The notes beneath the pieces were generated by a model that saw nothing but the letters and a program-made list of their open reading frames with translations, did not search any database and was not told where the DNA came from. Below, one piece after another: positions 52,154-63,165 of a DNA stretch of 64,000 nucleotides (position 1 is its first letter; every line of letters begins with the position of its first letter). The DNA is from Longimicrobiales bacterium (lineage in GTDB: Bacteria; Gemmatimonadota; Gemmatimonadetes; Longimicrobiales; Gaopeijiaceae), in contig CBDDCX010000008.1 of assembly GCA_965226375.1 (NCBI GenBank), positions 1,728,001 through 1,792,000 of the forward strand, read 5' to 3'. The translations under genes were made by a program, and so were the position numbers.

Positions 52154-53100
52154 CTACGGGATTAATTAGAGAGCAATGTCCGTGAAGACGGCCTCCGGGA
52201 GCGGTTTGGGCTTCGGCACACCTCTGACGAAGATGAGCGGCCCATGCTTCGCGGAGCACGGATTTCCTGCCGGCAATGACCCTGATCGGCGTTCCCGACC
52301 TGCACGGGGGTTAGGATCGAGATCCATGGCGTGTGCTCGGCATTGTACCAGCGGAAGAACGATCGACAGAAGTCTTGGTCTGATCCCCGAACCGCCGGGA
52401 AACGAGGGATGGTACTTCAAGGTTTTGAACTGAGCCTCGGCTGTCATCCGACACCTGAGGCCGGCTCAACGAGCGGGTCACGCCGAGGTCAGCGAGAGTT
52501 GAGCGGTGCATTGGCTCCATTGGAGCTCCCCGATCCGAGTGCAGGGTCAGGACCCGGGGCTGGACGCCATGCTTCAGGCAGTGCTGGATCAACCGGCCGG
52601 CAGGGCCGAGTTCTCCCGGTCCGTACGACGTAGCCTGTAGATGTCATGATGACAGCTCCACTTCTTCGGCCCGAGCAGCCGCATCCCAGGACCACACCTG
52701 GTTCGGCGCCGTGGCCATCAACTCGGGCTTCTTGTACTCGGGATGGGTGCGCTGCGCCCGGCGTTCCTGAACCGGAACCTCGAGGCCAGAACACGATACA
52801 TCGTGCGTTCGCTGCACAGGTAGACCTCTTCCGAGCAGCGTGACCTCGGCGGGTGAGCGGTCACGAACCGCTCCGAACACAGCGTGTCGAAGACCTCGCC
52901 TCGTTCCGTCTCGCTCAATGCCCGGACGGGCGTCGGGCGGGGCTGCTGTTGCCCGGTTGATGGGCCTCGACGACGGTACAACGTCCGGATCGGGAGACCT
53001 CGAGGGCCGCGCACGCCGAGTTTTACACCGACGTGCTTAGCCAGCTCATCGGCCGCCTTCAAGAGTTTGTCCCGACGTCGAGGCTCATCCCCAGCAGCAC
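52154..53100 (-). mobile_element. Degenerate IS3 family copy (orfB plus end of orfA) with many small deletions
   Basis: Near-identical to 63306-64000 but with indels; fragments RPTPVRALSETERGEV..SERFV, APNQVWSWD, HSDRGAPM, EAQFKTLKY. Confidence 0.85.
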
Positions 53101-53929
53101 CGCTCCCTGACGATCCGGTCATTCCAGCCAAGCGGGGGCAGAGTGCCAAGCCCAAAACGGCTTCGCATCCAGCCGGGGCGGAGCCCGGCCGTCGGAATCC
53201 CGGGTATGGCCGAGCCTCTGGGTCGCTTGACCTCGAAGAGCAATCCCGGAACCGAGCGGATGTCAGCGATGCGACACCGAACGGTCCCGCGGGAGCGACC
53301 GATTGTCTTTGCGAGCGTGGCATCGGATGCGAATTCTTTGCGTGCTCCGTGTCTCACGGTCGGTAGGGGGTCCCGTTGATCGACCAGATGGTAGCCCACA
53401 GGTACATCGACTCACCGAGGTGGCGGATGGCATCGACAGAGCCCGGTCGGACCACCCAACATGGGATCGTCACATCGCCTCCGGGTGACCCAAGGGCATC
53501 CACCTAACGATCCTCTGGCCCCGAGCGGAGACAGACGGACGCTCCTTGGTTCTCGTGGTCGGGAGTGCTTACCAAAGTGCGTACCAGCGATGGGCTGGCA
53601 GGGGACGTGCGGGGGGTTGCGGCCCCTCTACTTAGACCGCCGAGAGCCCTTTGTTTTGTGGGGCTAATCGTGCGGTGGGGGTGCAGCCGGTGGTAGGCGG
53701 AATCGCATGTACGGTGCCCAATCCCGTGGCTCGATTGCTGACATCTGAAACCCGTATATGTGAGATCTGGGCGAAACCACGATGGCTCCCGCCTATTGCC
53801 CTAAGGTCCAATAGACGCCGCCCGACACGGCCCGCATCGTTCCGTTAACGCATCGTGATGGGTCCACACCACCACTACTGAAGTTTAGTCGTATCGGACC
53901 ATCAGCAACCGTTATCTGGGAGGGTATGG

Positions 53930-54589
53930 ATGAACAGACATCTCATCACGCTAGGTGCGACGGTTCTGCTTGCTCTCGTCTCCACCCCCTTGGCTGCCCA
54001 ACTGACGTGCGCCGACGTCGAGTTCGGCGCGGACGTGCTCGAGGCATACCCTCACGCGGAGGCCGCGTGCCTCGAGATCGTGGAACGGGAGGGCGAGCTG
54101 TATGCGCGTCTGGAGGCGCGAATTCTCAGGTCCGGTAATCCTGCAATCCTCCAATACCTGCATTCTGACGGTCAATGGGGAGTGAGGACCGAAGCCTCGC
54201 CGCCTGATGGCTACAAGGTCTGGATGAACGGGCAGGCCATGCCCTTCGAGGATGTCCCGCAGTGGCAGACACTGAACGTCTACCTACAGCAGGGTCGGTG
54301 GAACGTAGCGATGTCGGATCTTGACGAACCCGAGATCCACCTCGAGTACGTGGCGCCACTGTCGATAGCTCTGGCCCCCGAGCCGTTGGGTGATGCATTC
54401 ATTCCGCCCGATGTGGTGACACCGACTCCGGTTGAAGCACCGCCGACCTCGGCTGAAGCCACGTCGGCTCCCGCTGAAACGACGGTGGATCCAGTCGCGG
54501 ACGAGAGGGGCACCGATTGGCTTCCGATCTTTGGTCTGCTAGCTCTGATGGTCGTGATCGTAGCGATGGCCCGCGCAAGCACGACCTGA
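53930..54589 (+). CDS. Hypothetical exported, C-terminally membrane-anchored protein
   Basis: GGAGGG RBS, signal peptide (…STPLAAQ), Cys pair, Pro/Thr/Ala linker, C-terminal TM helix. Confidence 0.8.
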   Translation: MNRHLITLGATVLLALVSTPLAAQLTCADVEFGADVLEAYPHAEAACLEIVEREGELYARLEARILRSGNPAILQYLHSDGQWGVRTEASPPDGYKVWMNGQAMPFEDVPQWQTLNVYLQQGRWNVAMSDLDEPEIHLEYVAPLSIALAPEPLGDAFIPPDVVTPTPVEAPPTSAEATSAPAETTVDPVADERGTDWLPIFGLLALMVVIVAMARASTT

Positions 54590-54645
54590 ACCTCGCACCC
54601 GGCCTCTGTTTTCTACCTACTCTCCATGAACCAGGATGAGCCGGC

Positions 54646-56014
54646 TCACTCGGCCCGTCCACTCCAATACCAAAAAGCCGGAATACCCGTCAAAAGCAAC
54701 ACCAACCCTATGCCCGACCCCACCGGGTTCGACCTCAGTACGCTCCACACGATGAGCACCGAGACGGCAACGAAGATGCCGGGGACCAGGGGGAACCCCA
54801 CCGTCCGAAACGTGCCCTCGGGTCGTTCGGCAAGCGGATGTGTCCTCCGGAAGACTAACAGACTCGCACCCGCTAGGCCAAAGAAGATCCAGTCCGCAAG
54901 CACGACGTAGTCGATGAGCTGGGCATACGTGCCGCTCAGGACGAGAACCACAGCCCAGCCCGATTGGATGCCGATGGCGAGAGACGGTGTGCGGAAGCGT
55001 GGATGGAGCCGCGCCACAGCCGGCATGAAGAGGCGGTCGCGCGCCATCGCGTAATAGACCCGAGTGGGCGCCAGCATGGTGAGGTTCAGAAATCCGAAGG
55101 TCGAGATGGCGATGGTCAAGGCAATGAGCTTGTCGCCGGTGCTACCGAAGAGTCGGTTTGCCGTGTCGGCCGCGGGTGTCATGGATCCCGCAAGTCCCGC
55201 GTGCCCTAACGTCTTCAGGTACACGAGGTTGACGAGAGCGTACACGGTCACCACGACCGCCGTTCCTGCCAGGAGCGCCGTGGGGAGCTTCTTGACCGGA
55301 TCCTTGATCTCCTCGGCCACGTAGTTCGCGTTCTGCCATCCCCCGTACGAAAACATGATGGGGATGAGGGCCGCTCCGAACGCGAGGAGCAGAGGAGAAC
55401 GCTCGCCCGCCTCGGAGACGGTTGCCGCGGTGGCCCCAGCGGCCCCGGCGGCACCAATGGTACCGGCAGCACCAACGGCCTCGGCCGCCTCAGATCCGCC
55501 CAGAAGGAAGCCCGCCCCGATCAACACGAGGATCGCCGCCACCTTGAGCACCACGAAGGCATTGAGCACCCGGCTCCCCGGTTTCACCCCCAGGTAGTTG
55601 ATGGCTGCGACAACCACGATGGCCAGGATGGCCAGCGACGAGGTCGACGAGCCTCCCCGACCCACCAGCCGGAACGTGTACTCCGCGAACGTGATGGCCA
55701 CCGCTGCGATGGCCCCGCTCTCGATCATGAGCAGGAGCGCCCAGCCGTAGAGGAACCCCGCGAGCGGATGATACGCGTCTCGCAGATAGGCGTAGTGGCC
55801 ACCGGCGGTGGGAAAGAGGGACCCCCAGTTCGGCAAACGTGAACGCCCCCGCTATGGCGATCCCACCCCCTGCGATCCAGGCCGCCATGACCAACCATCC
55901 GCTGTCCAGCCGCTGAGCGACGATGTAGGGATTGATGAAGATTCCCGCACCGATGATGCCGCCCACCACGACCATGGTGGCGTCGAACGTCCCGAGCTCC
56001 CGGCGGAAGCTCAT
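54646..56014 (-). pseudogene. APC family amino acid permease with one frameshift (real or sequencing error)
   Basis: MSFRRELG…GIIGAGIF…FAELG (55490..56014) continues as SLFPTAGGHYAYL…FSYGGW…AEEIKDP (54646..55836); the switch is at the G5 tract 55822-55826. Confidence 0.85.
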
Positions 56015-56295
56015 GCCCGGGGCGGCTGGAACGGATTTCCGTCCCGCCGGAGATTGAGGGGCACGATGAGGGCCGGTACTCGCATTAAAACGACTCCGCT
56101 CTGGATTCGGAGCGACAAGCTACTGCGAGTAGGCGGACGCCGCGAAACCTCCTCTGAGTACCCAGAGAAAGACCGCGCACCGGAGTGGTGCCTGGCGCGG
56201 GGTGTCTTCCGTGTTGAGGCTTTGGTATTTTTCGACAATCGCATCCCTCGCAAGAAACCAGGACCAACTCGCACGAGAGAGCAGACAGAAGCCGT

Positions 56296-59004
56296 ATGAC
56301 AAGCGACCCCTTCGGCGCACTGACCACCATCGATCTCAAGGAAGGGCCCACGTCCTTCTACCGCCTCGGCCGACTGGAGGAAACCGGCCTCGACGATCTG
56401 AGCCGACTACCATTCTCCATCCGCGTCCTTCTGGAGAACGCGTTACGACACTCGGGCGGTCGATACGTGGGTGAAGAGCACGTCCAGGCCATAGCGGAGT
56501 GGAGCCCCACCAACGCCGGTGCCGATGTGCCGTTCATGCCGAGTCGAGTCGTGCTCCAGGATTTCACCGGCGTACCCGCCGTGGTAGACCTGGCCGCCAT
56601 GAGGGACGGGCTCAAGGCCATGGGTGGAGACCCGGATCGGATCAATCCGGTTGTACCGGCGGACCTGGTGATCGACCACTCGGTGCAGGTCGACTTCTTC
56701 GGGACCCCCGAAGCGTACCGGAAAAACGTGGAGCGGGAGTTCGAGCGGAACCGGGAGCGATACGCCCTGCTCCGCTGGGCTCAGCACTCCTTCGAGGACT
56801 TCCGGGTAGTGCCGCCTGGTACGGGCATCGTACACCAGGTGAATCTCGAGTACCTCGCCTCGGTGATCCATCGCCGGGAAGAGGACGGGACCTGGCTGGC
56901 CTACCCCGACACGCTCGTGGGCACGGACTCTCACACGACGATGATCAACGGGCTGGGCGTAGTGGGGTGGGGCGTCGGGGGTATCGAGGCCGAAGCCGTC
57001 CTCACGGGTCAACCCTACTACATGCTCCTGCCCGAGGTGGTGGGGGTGAAGTTCAGCGGGGAACTCCCGGAGGGGGCCACCGCGACGGACCTCGTGCTGC
57101 ACGTAGTGGAGATGCTCCGAGCTCACGGTGTGGTGGGGCGCTTCGTCGAGTACTTCGGCACGGGCCTCTCCAAGCTCACCCTGCCGGACCGGGCGACCTT
57201 GGCCAACATGGCCCCCGAGTACGGAGCGACCATCGGGTTCTTTCCGGTGGACGGCGAGACGCTGACCTATCTGAGAGGATCTGGGCGCAGTGAGGATCTC
57301 GTGGAGCGGGTGGAGCGGGTCAGCAAGGAGCAGGGACTCTTCCGTACGGATCAGACGCCTGACCCCGAGTACACGCACGTCCTGCACATGGACCTCTCCA
57401 CTGTGGAGCCCAGCGTGGCAGGACCAAAACGGCCACAGGATCGGATCGCTCTCACGGAACTTCCCGACGCATTCGCCAGGGATCTCCCTGACCTGGTGCC
57501 CTCGGGGTTCTCTCTGAACGGCGACGCAAAGCGCACGATCCCCGTAGAAGTAGACGGAACACCGTGTGAGATCGGAGACGGCAGCATCGTCATCGCCGCC
57601 ATCACGAGCTGCACCAACACATCCAACCCGTCGGTCATGGTGGGCGCAGGGTTGCTGGCCAAGAAGGCCGTGGAGCTGGGCTTGGAGGTCAAGCCGTGGG
57701 TGAAGCCCAGCATGGCTCCGGGATCGAAAGTGGTCACCGACTACCTCGACGCCGCCGGCCTCACGGAATATCTGAACCGGCTGGGCTTCAACGTGGTGGG
57801 GTACGGATGCACCACCTGCATCGGGAACTCCGGTCCCTTGACTGAACCCGTCGGCGAAGAGGTGGAGACGAACGGGCTCGTGGTAGCGTCCATCCTTTCG
57901 GGAAACCGCAATTTCGAAGCTCGGATTCACCCCCAGGTGAGGGCGAACTATCTGTCCTCGCCCATGCTCGTGGTGGCCTACGCACTGGCCGGCCGGATCG
58001 ACATCGACTTGGCGACGGAGCCCATCGGTCACGATCGGGAGGAGCAGCCTGTCTTCCTAAAGGACCTTTGGCCCAGTTCGGGAATCATCGGCGAGACCGT
58101 GCGGTCCTGCCTCCGACCCGAGATGTATGAGGATCGGTACGCCCAGGTCTTCGAGGGCAATGACCTTTGGCGAGCGCTCCCTCTTCCCACAGACGAGGAC
58201 AACCTCTACGACTGGGAGGACGACTCCACGTACATCCGGAACCCTCCCTTCTTCGAGGGCATGTCGCTGGAGGTCCCAGACGTCACGGACGTCCATGGAG
58301 CCCGGGTCCTGGGCATCTTCGGCCACACCACGACCACGGATCACATCTCCCCCGCCGGCGCGATTCCCAAGAATGAGCCCGCCGGAGCCTACCTGATGGA
58401 GCGGGACGTGAAGCCTTGGCAGTTCAACACCTTCGGATCCCGACGGGGCAACCACGAGGTCATGATGCGTGGCACGTTCGGGAACGTGCGCATCCGCAAT
58501 CTCATGCTCGAGGAGCGGGAGGGCGGATACACCGTCCACGTCCCCAGTGGTGAGGAGGCCTCGATCTATGAGACCGCCATGCGCTATAAAGCCGAGGGCA
58601 CACCGCTTGTGGTTCTGGCCGGTCGGGAATATGGGACAGGCAGCTCACGGGATTGGGCCACGAAGGGCACGGCCCTACTGGGTGTCCGAGCCGTGATCGC
58701 CGAGAGCTACGAGCGTATCCATCGGAGCAATCTGGTCGGGATGGGAGTGCTACCGCTACAGTTCGATGAGGGGGACAGTCCCGATTCGCTGGGCCTGACG
58801 GGTCGGGAGACGTACGACATCACGGGTGTGGCGGACGGACTCGAGCCCCATGCGCGCCTCAGCGTCGTGGCACGCGCCGACGACGGAACGGAGACCTCCT
58901 TCGAGGCGATTGCGCGGCTCGACTCGGACATCGATGTCGAGTACTACAAGAACGGTGGAATCCTGCACACGGTGCTGAGGAGGATGGGCTCAGGCGAGAT
59001 GTAA
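56296..59004 (+). CDS. acnA: Aconitate hydratase A
   Basis: QDFTGVP, DHSVQVD, GTDSHT, AITSCTNTSN, GCTTCIGNSG, TDHISPAG, YGTGSSRDW motifs. Confidence 0.97.
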   Translation: MTSDPFGALTTIDLKEGPTSFYRLGRLEETGLDDLSRLPFSIRVLLENALRHSGGRYVGEEHVQAIAEWSPTNAGADVPFMPSRVVLQDFTGVPAVVDLAAMRDGLKAMGGDPDRINPVVPADLVIDHSVQVDFFGTPEAYRKNVEREFERNRERYALLRWAQHSFEDFRVVPPGTGIVHQVNLEYLASVIHRREEDGTWLAYPDTLVGTDSHTTMINGLGVVGWGVGGIEAEAVLTGQPYYMLLPEVVGVKFSGELPEGATATDLVLHVVEMLRAHGVVGRFVEYFGTGLSKLTLPDRATLANMAPEYGATIGFFPVDGETLTYLRGSGRSEDLVERVERVSKEQGLFRTDQTPDPEYTHVLHMDLSTVEPSVAGPKRPQDRIALTELPDAFARDLPDLVPSGFSLNGDAKRTIPVEVDGTPCEIGDGSIVIAAITSCTNTSNPSVMVGAGLLAKKAVELGLEVKPWVKPSMAPGSKVVTDYLDAAGLTEYLNRLGFNVVGYGCTTCIGNSGPLTEPVGEEVETNGLVVASILSGNRNFEARIHPQVRANYLSSPMLVVAYALAGRIDIDLATEPIGHDREEQPVFLKDLWPSSGIIGETVRSCLRPEMYEDRYAQVFEGNDLWRALPLPTDEDNLYDWEDDSTYIRNPPFFEGMSLEVPDVTDVHGARVLGIFGHTTTTDHISPAGAIPKNEPAGAYLMERDVKPWQFNTFGSRRGNHEVMMRGTFGNVRIRNLMLEEREGGYTVHVPSGEEASIYETAMRYKAEGTPLVVLAGREYGTGSSRDWATKGTALLGVRAVIAESYERIHRSNLVGMGVLPLQFDEGDSPDSLGLTGRETYDITGVADGLEPHARLSVVARADDGTETSFEAIARLDSDIDVEYYKNGGILHTVLRRMGSGEM

Positions 59005-59065
59005 CGTCGGTCCGGTAATCGCCGCTCGCGGCCTTGTCGCCTTGTCTGGGATCGGAGGATTCGAT

Positions 59066-59713
59066 CTAGCCGGGCGGCTTGTGGTCTGATTCGCGGAGCG
59101 CGACGGGCGGGCCCAAAACTTCTGACAGGATCACCGCCTGTCGAATGCTGTCGTGCCCTCCCCCCGTCAGCGTCCGGCGCACGGCTTCCGCCGGTCCGAC
59201 TGACCGGCGCGTGCGCGCAGGTTTCCGGTCCAGATCCACCGCCGGCAGTCCCTCACCCGGCTCCGTCAGCACGCGTTCGCGGGGGGCGATCGTCGCTGTC
59301 TTCAACCCCGACCCGTCGTCCGGCTCCCACTCCACGTGGTCATGTGCCTCGACATGCTGATGTATCGGATCGAGCCGCGTTTCCTCGGACTCGTATCCGT
59401 CCATGAGGACCGATGTTGACTCGATGTCCGGTGTTGGGCTGGGTGTAGCTGTTTGCGGTAGCTGTCGAGCAGACGGAGAGGGCTCTCCCTTTGCCAGGGC
59501 GGCGATCTCTTCCCAGAGCTCGTGCGGAACCATACCCTCGGACGTCGTCTCGGGCTCCTGTGGGAAGAGCTCGCCAGCCTCGGGCATACCGTCCGATCGC
59601 CCTTCCCTGCCGAGGCGCTCGTTCTCCTTCCGCTTCTTCCGAGCCGCGCCGTCCATCATCGAAATGATGACAAAGAACGCGATCACCAGAATCTGGATCA
59701 GGCCGCTGTCCAT
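59066..59713 (-). CDS. Hypothetical single-TM protein downstream of floA (YqfB-like position)
   Basis: N-terminal TM, disordered middle, C-terminal IRQAVILSEVLGPPVALR. Confidence 0.8.
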   Translation of the reverse strand: MDSGLIQILVIAFFVIISMMDGAARKKRKENERLGREGRSDGMPEAGELFPQEPETTSEGMVPHELWEEIAALAKGEPSPSARQLPQTATPSPTPDIESTSVLMDGYESEETRLDPIHQHVEAHDHVEWEPDDGSGLKTATIAPRERVLTEPGEGLPAVDLDRKPARTRRSVGPAEAVRRTLTGGGHDSIRQAVILSEVLGPPVALRESDHKPPG

Positions 59714-59746
59714 GGGAGAACTCTTAAAGGAGTGGGAGTAGCCGCG

Positions 59747-60736
59747 CTACGCGAGCGGCTCAGTGTCGTCTTCGTCCCCACCTGCGATGGCATTACGCAT
59801 GGACGTATCGGACTGGATGTTGCTGTAGCGTACGTAGTCCATGACGCCCATATGGCCCGCGCGGAACGCCTCCGCCAAGGCCAGCGGCACTTGGGTCTCA
59901 GCCTTCACCAGCTCGGCCTGCATCTCGACGACCTTCGCCTTCATCTCCTGCTCCAGGGCGACGGCCATGGCCCGCCGCTCCTCCGCGCGGGCCTGGGCGA
60001 CTCGCTTGTCCGCGTCGGCCTGATGGGTCTGGAGGTCGGCACCGATGTTCTTGCCCACGTCTACGTCGGCGATATCGATGGAGAGGATCTCGAAGGCCGT
60101 CCCGGCGTCGAGTCCCTTGGCCAGCACCGTCTTGGAGATGGCGTCCGGATTCTCGAGGACCTCCTTGTGGGAGTTCGCGGAGCCGATGGACGACACGATG
60201 CCCTCACCCACGCGGGCTAGAATCGTGTCCTCGCCGGCGCCCCCTACGAGCCGGTTGATGTTGGCCCGAACCGTGACACGGGCCTGGGCGATCAACTGGA
60301 TGCCGTCCTTGGCCATGGCCGCCACTTTGGGCGTATTGATGACCTTGGGGTTCACCGAGACCTGCACCGCCTCGAAGACGTCGCGCCCGGCCAGGTCGAT
60401 TGCGGCGGCCTGCTGGAAGCCCAGCTCGATGTTCGCCTTGTCCGCGCTGATGAGCGCCCGGACAACGCGGTCGACCTCCCCCCCCGCCAAGTAGTGAGCT
60501 TCGAGGTCGTTGACGCTCAGTGGTATGCCCGCCTTGGTCGCCCAGATCAAGGGGCGCACCACCGCCGACGGGACAACCTTGCGCAGACGCATTCCCACCA
60601 GGTAGCCGATGCCCAACCGGACGCCGGCCGAGATCGCCTCGACCCACAGGCGTACCGGCACCGCCCACGCCACTACGCTGATGAGCATGACCGCCCCGAA
60701 GAGGACGAACAGGCTGAAGATGTCTAGCTGCTGCAT
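59747..60736 (-). CDS. floA: Flotillin-like protein FloA (YqfA)
   Basis: [50 protein letters not shown] motifs. Confidence 0.94.
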   Translation of the reverse strand: MQQLDIFSLFVLFGAVMLISVVAWAVPVRLWVEAISAGVRLGIGYLVGMRLRKVVPSAVVRPLIWATKAGIPLSVNDLEAHYLAGGEVDRVVRALISADKANIELGFQQAAAIDLAGRDVFEAVQVSVNPKVINTPKVAAMAKDGIQLIAQARVTVRANINRLVGGAGEDTILARVGEGIVSSIGSANSHKEVLENPDAISKTVLAKGLDAGTAFEILSIDIADVDVGKNIGADLQTHQADADKRVAQARAEERRAMAVALEQEMKAKVVEMQAELVKAETQVPLALAEAFRAGHMGVMDYVRYSNIQSDTSMRNAIAGGDEDDTEPLA

Positions 60737-60760
60737 CGAGTGTTCCTTTGTTTTCTTGTG

Positions 60761-62101
60761 TTATTCCTCTTCGCCGGCAACGGGCCGGACTATATGACGA
60801 TATCCCTCTGCCGCCACAATGCGCACAGGGGTCCCTTGCTCGATCCACTCGGACTCCGAAACGATATCTATGCGCTCGTCGTCGAAGAGGCCAACGCCCG
60901 AGGGTCTCAGGTCCGTAATGGCCACACCTTGCCGATCCACGAGCTCCGGCCGGGTCTGGGCTGATTCGAATCCGATGGCCTTGTCCGTCCGTGCGCCGAG
61001 AAAGATCCCGGTGCGGTAGAGCCGGGCGCTCTTGGGAAGGTGGCGGATGACTGCCCATGCGGTCACCAGGATGAGGAGCAGGGTCGTGCTTAGCACCCCC
61101 CCCGCCCTGCTGAAGTCTGCCGCGGTCGGGAGGCCACCCAGGAGGCTCATGTAGATCCCGGCCCCCATGCCGACGAGTCCCAATAACCCGAAGAGACCGA
61201 AGCCCGGGACGACCATGACCTCGACCGCCAGGAGCAGCACACCGGCACCGAACACCAGCAGGTCCTCCCAACCGGCGAGCCCGAGGATCAAGTGGGATCC
61301 GAAGAACAGAGAGAGCGAGAGCAGCCCCGCCGCACCCGCCAGCCCCAGCGACGGAGTCTTGATCTCGATGATCAGTCCCAAGAAGCCCAACGACAGCAGG
61401 AACGGCGCCACCACCGGATGCGAGAAGAAGCGCACGAGCCGCTCGGCCCAGTTCACCTCGAGGTCCCGCACCGTGGCGCCCGAGAGGTCCAGATCATCCA
61501 GCAGGGTGGTGAAGTCGTCGGTCGCGCGCGCGTATTCCAGCCCCACCGCCTCTTCGGTGGTCAGCGTGAGAAGCTTGCCGGACTCGACCACGTCGGGAAT
61601 GGCGAGGGATTCGTCCACCATGGCCTCGGCCACCGCGGGGTCCAGGCCTCGTGCTTCAGCCAGGGCGCGCATCTCGCTCCGCATGGCGGAGACGATCTTC
61701 TCGGACGCCTTGGTCCCCGAACCGTCGACCGGAGTGACCGCTCCGATGACGGATCCGGGCCTCATGTAGATGCCCTGCGTCGCCAGCGCGATCAGAGCGC
61801 CTGCGGAGAACGCGCGTCGATTCACGAAGGCATATACCGGCACCCGGGCGTCGGCAATCGCATCGGCGATACGCTCGGCTGCATCGATACGGCCCCCGGG
61901 TGTATCGATGTCGAGCACGATCGCTTCGGCGCCCGCCGCCTCAGCCTCGCGTATGCCTCGCTCGATGAAGGGAGCCAGACCGAGCTCGACCACGCCGGTC
62001 ACGGGCACTCGGAAGACGGTCTCCTGGCCGAGCGCCGTCGATGGGAAACTCAACACTCCGGCGAGTACCACCGCTGTCATGGTCTGGATTATCCGCAACA
62101 T
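60761..62101 (-). CDS. Long-form NfeD family membrane protein (protease domain + TM + OB fold)
   Basis: IDTPGGR, AFSAGA, EAMVD, TM region, TDLRPSG motifs; upstream of floA. Confidence 0.92.
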   Translation of the reverse strand: MLRIIQTMTAVVLAGVLSFPSTALGQETVFRVPVTGVVELGLAPFIERGIREAEAAGAEAIVLDIDTPGGRIDAAERIADAIADARVPVYAFVNRRAFSAGALIALATQGIYMRPGSVIGAVTPVDGSGTKASEKIVSAMRSEMRALAEARGLDPAVAEAMVDESLAIPDVVESGKLLTLTTEEAVGLEYARATDDFTTLLDDLDLSGATVRDLEVNWAERLVRFFSHPVVAPFLLSLGFLGLIIEIKTPSLGLAGAAGLLSLSLFFGSHLILGLAGWEDLLVFGAGVLLLAVEVMVVPGFGLFGLLGLVGMGAGIYMSLLGGLPTAADFSRAGGVLSTTLLLILVTAWAVIRHLPKSARLYRTGIFLGARTDKAIGFESAQTRPELVDRQGVAITDLRPSGVGLFDDERIDIVSESEWIEQGTPVRIVAAEGYRHIVRPVAGEEE

Positions 62102-62249
62102 CTCTTTTCTCCCCCGGAGCTATATGCTGCGACGGACCGACCTAAGGTACATCGGGACGTCGGCCCTCACAAAGCTGAACCCACCGCTGGTGTTGATGCG
62201 GGCACTCGTCCACCGTCGCAGCCACAAGGGCCGGTGTCTGATAAGGCCC

Positions 62250-62987
62250 TTAGTCGGGCAGCTCGACCCCCAACAGGAGGCACGCATAGTAGGAGCCGCG
62301 GATCGCCCTGGCGTAGTCGCCCTCGTGGATCGCACCACGAGCCACGTCGATGAGCCGCTCTACACGCCCCAACATCTCTTGGGAGTACGAATTCTCGGGG
62401 GAAATTCTTCTGAATCCCCGTTCGGCAGACGTCAGAAGCTGAGACGCGACGTGAGGTGGGGTCACCTCGAGGAGATAGTCGGAAGCCTGAAAGGCGGCGG
62501 CGAGAGACGACGCGCCTTCCCCTGCATCGGAAAGTATCCAGGCCGTCGTCAGCATCTCACGGGCCGAATCCAGCCTTCGACTCACCCGCTCCGGGATGCC
62601 CACCGCGGAGAGCTGGTCGACCCGGGCCAACGTCGAGTCCATGTCGACAAGCAACTTCTGCAACTCTCCCTCGCGCAGGCGACCGAAGAGATCCGGCACG
62701 GCGTCGGTGTACACCAAGGCGCGTAGTGCTCTTCCCTCACTAGTCGGCAACTCCCAGGAGTCCTCCCACCTTAGGACCGGGCCCTCTTCGGGAATACCCC
62801 CAGCAGCGACCCATACGTCCGCGAGGCTGTGCAGCACGCCACCCAGGTCGAGGGCGGCACGGGTCTCCTGAGCCATGAGGGCCGCCATGGGATCAGACAC
62901 CGCATCGGCACACGCGCCCGTCGACATCACGACTACCAGGAATAGGGACAGCGCTCTGGCACGGGATGGGATGGAACTGTTTCTCAT
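62250..62987 (-). CDS. Hypothetical lipoprotein
   Basis: Signal peptide with lipobox (STGA-C), helical body; TAGCTT 6 nt before the ATG. Confidence 0.75.
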   Translation of the reverse strand: MRNSSIPSRARALSLFLVVVMSTGACADAVSDPMAALMAQETRAALDLGGVLHSLADVWVAAGGIPEEGPVLRWEDSWELPTSEGRALRALVYTDAVPDLFGRLREGELQKLLVDMDSTLARVDQLSAVGIPERVSRRLDSAREMLTTAWILSDAGEGASSLAAAFQASDYLLEVTPPHVASQLLTSAERGFRRISPENSYSQEMLGRVERLIDVARGAIHEGDYARAIRGSYYACLLLGVELPD

Positions 62988-63165
62988 CGTTCCAAGCTAC
63001 CTAAGACCAGGGTTCTGAATCAATTCTCAGTCGCCACGGGATCCGGTTGCCCCCCCTCCGAGCCCTGGATAGTTTCTCGCTCGAACGCTCGTCCGAAACC
63101 TGAATCCGACCCGTCTGTCTCTGGCCACAAGGCCGCGGCACGCGGTCTGCGTCGGGAGTTCGACG

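Noticed and set aside
53100..53900. Short ORFs and REP-like GTCATTCCAGCC…GGAATCC sequence
   Set aside because: No coherent reading frame or clean palindrome; adjoins the suspected chimeric region, so it cannot be supported.
56443..58032. Long antisense ORFs (529 aa here; also 37546-38820, 8594-9610, 44871-46151)
   Set aside because: Shadow frames of high-GC genes on the opposite strand with no recognisable motifs.
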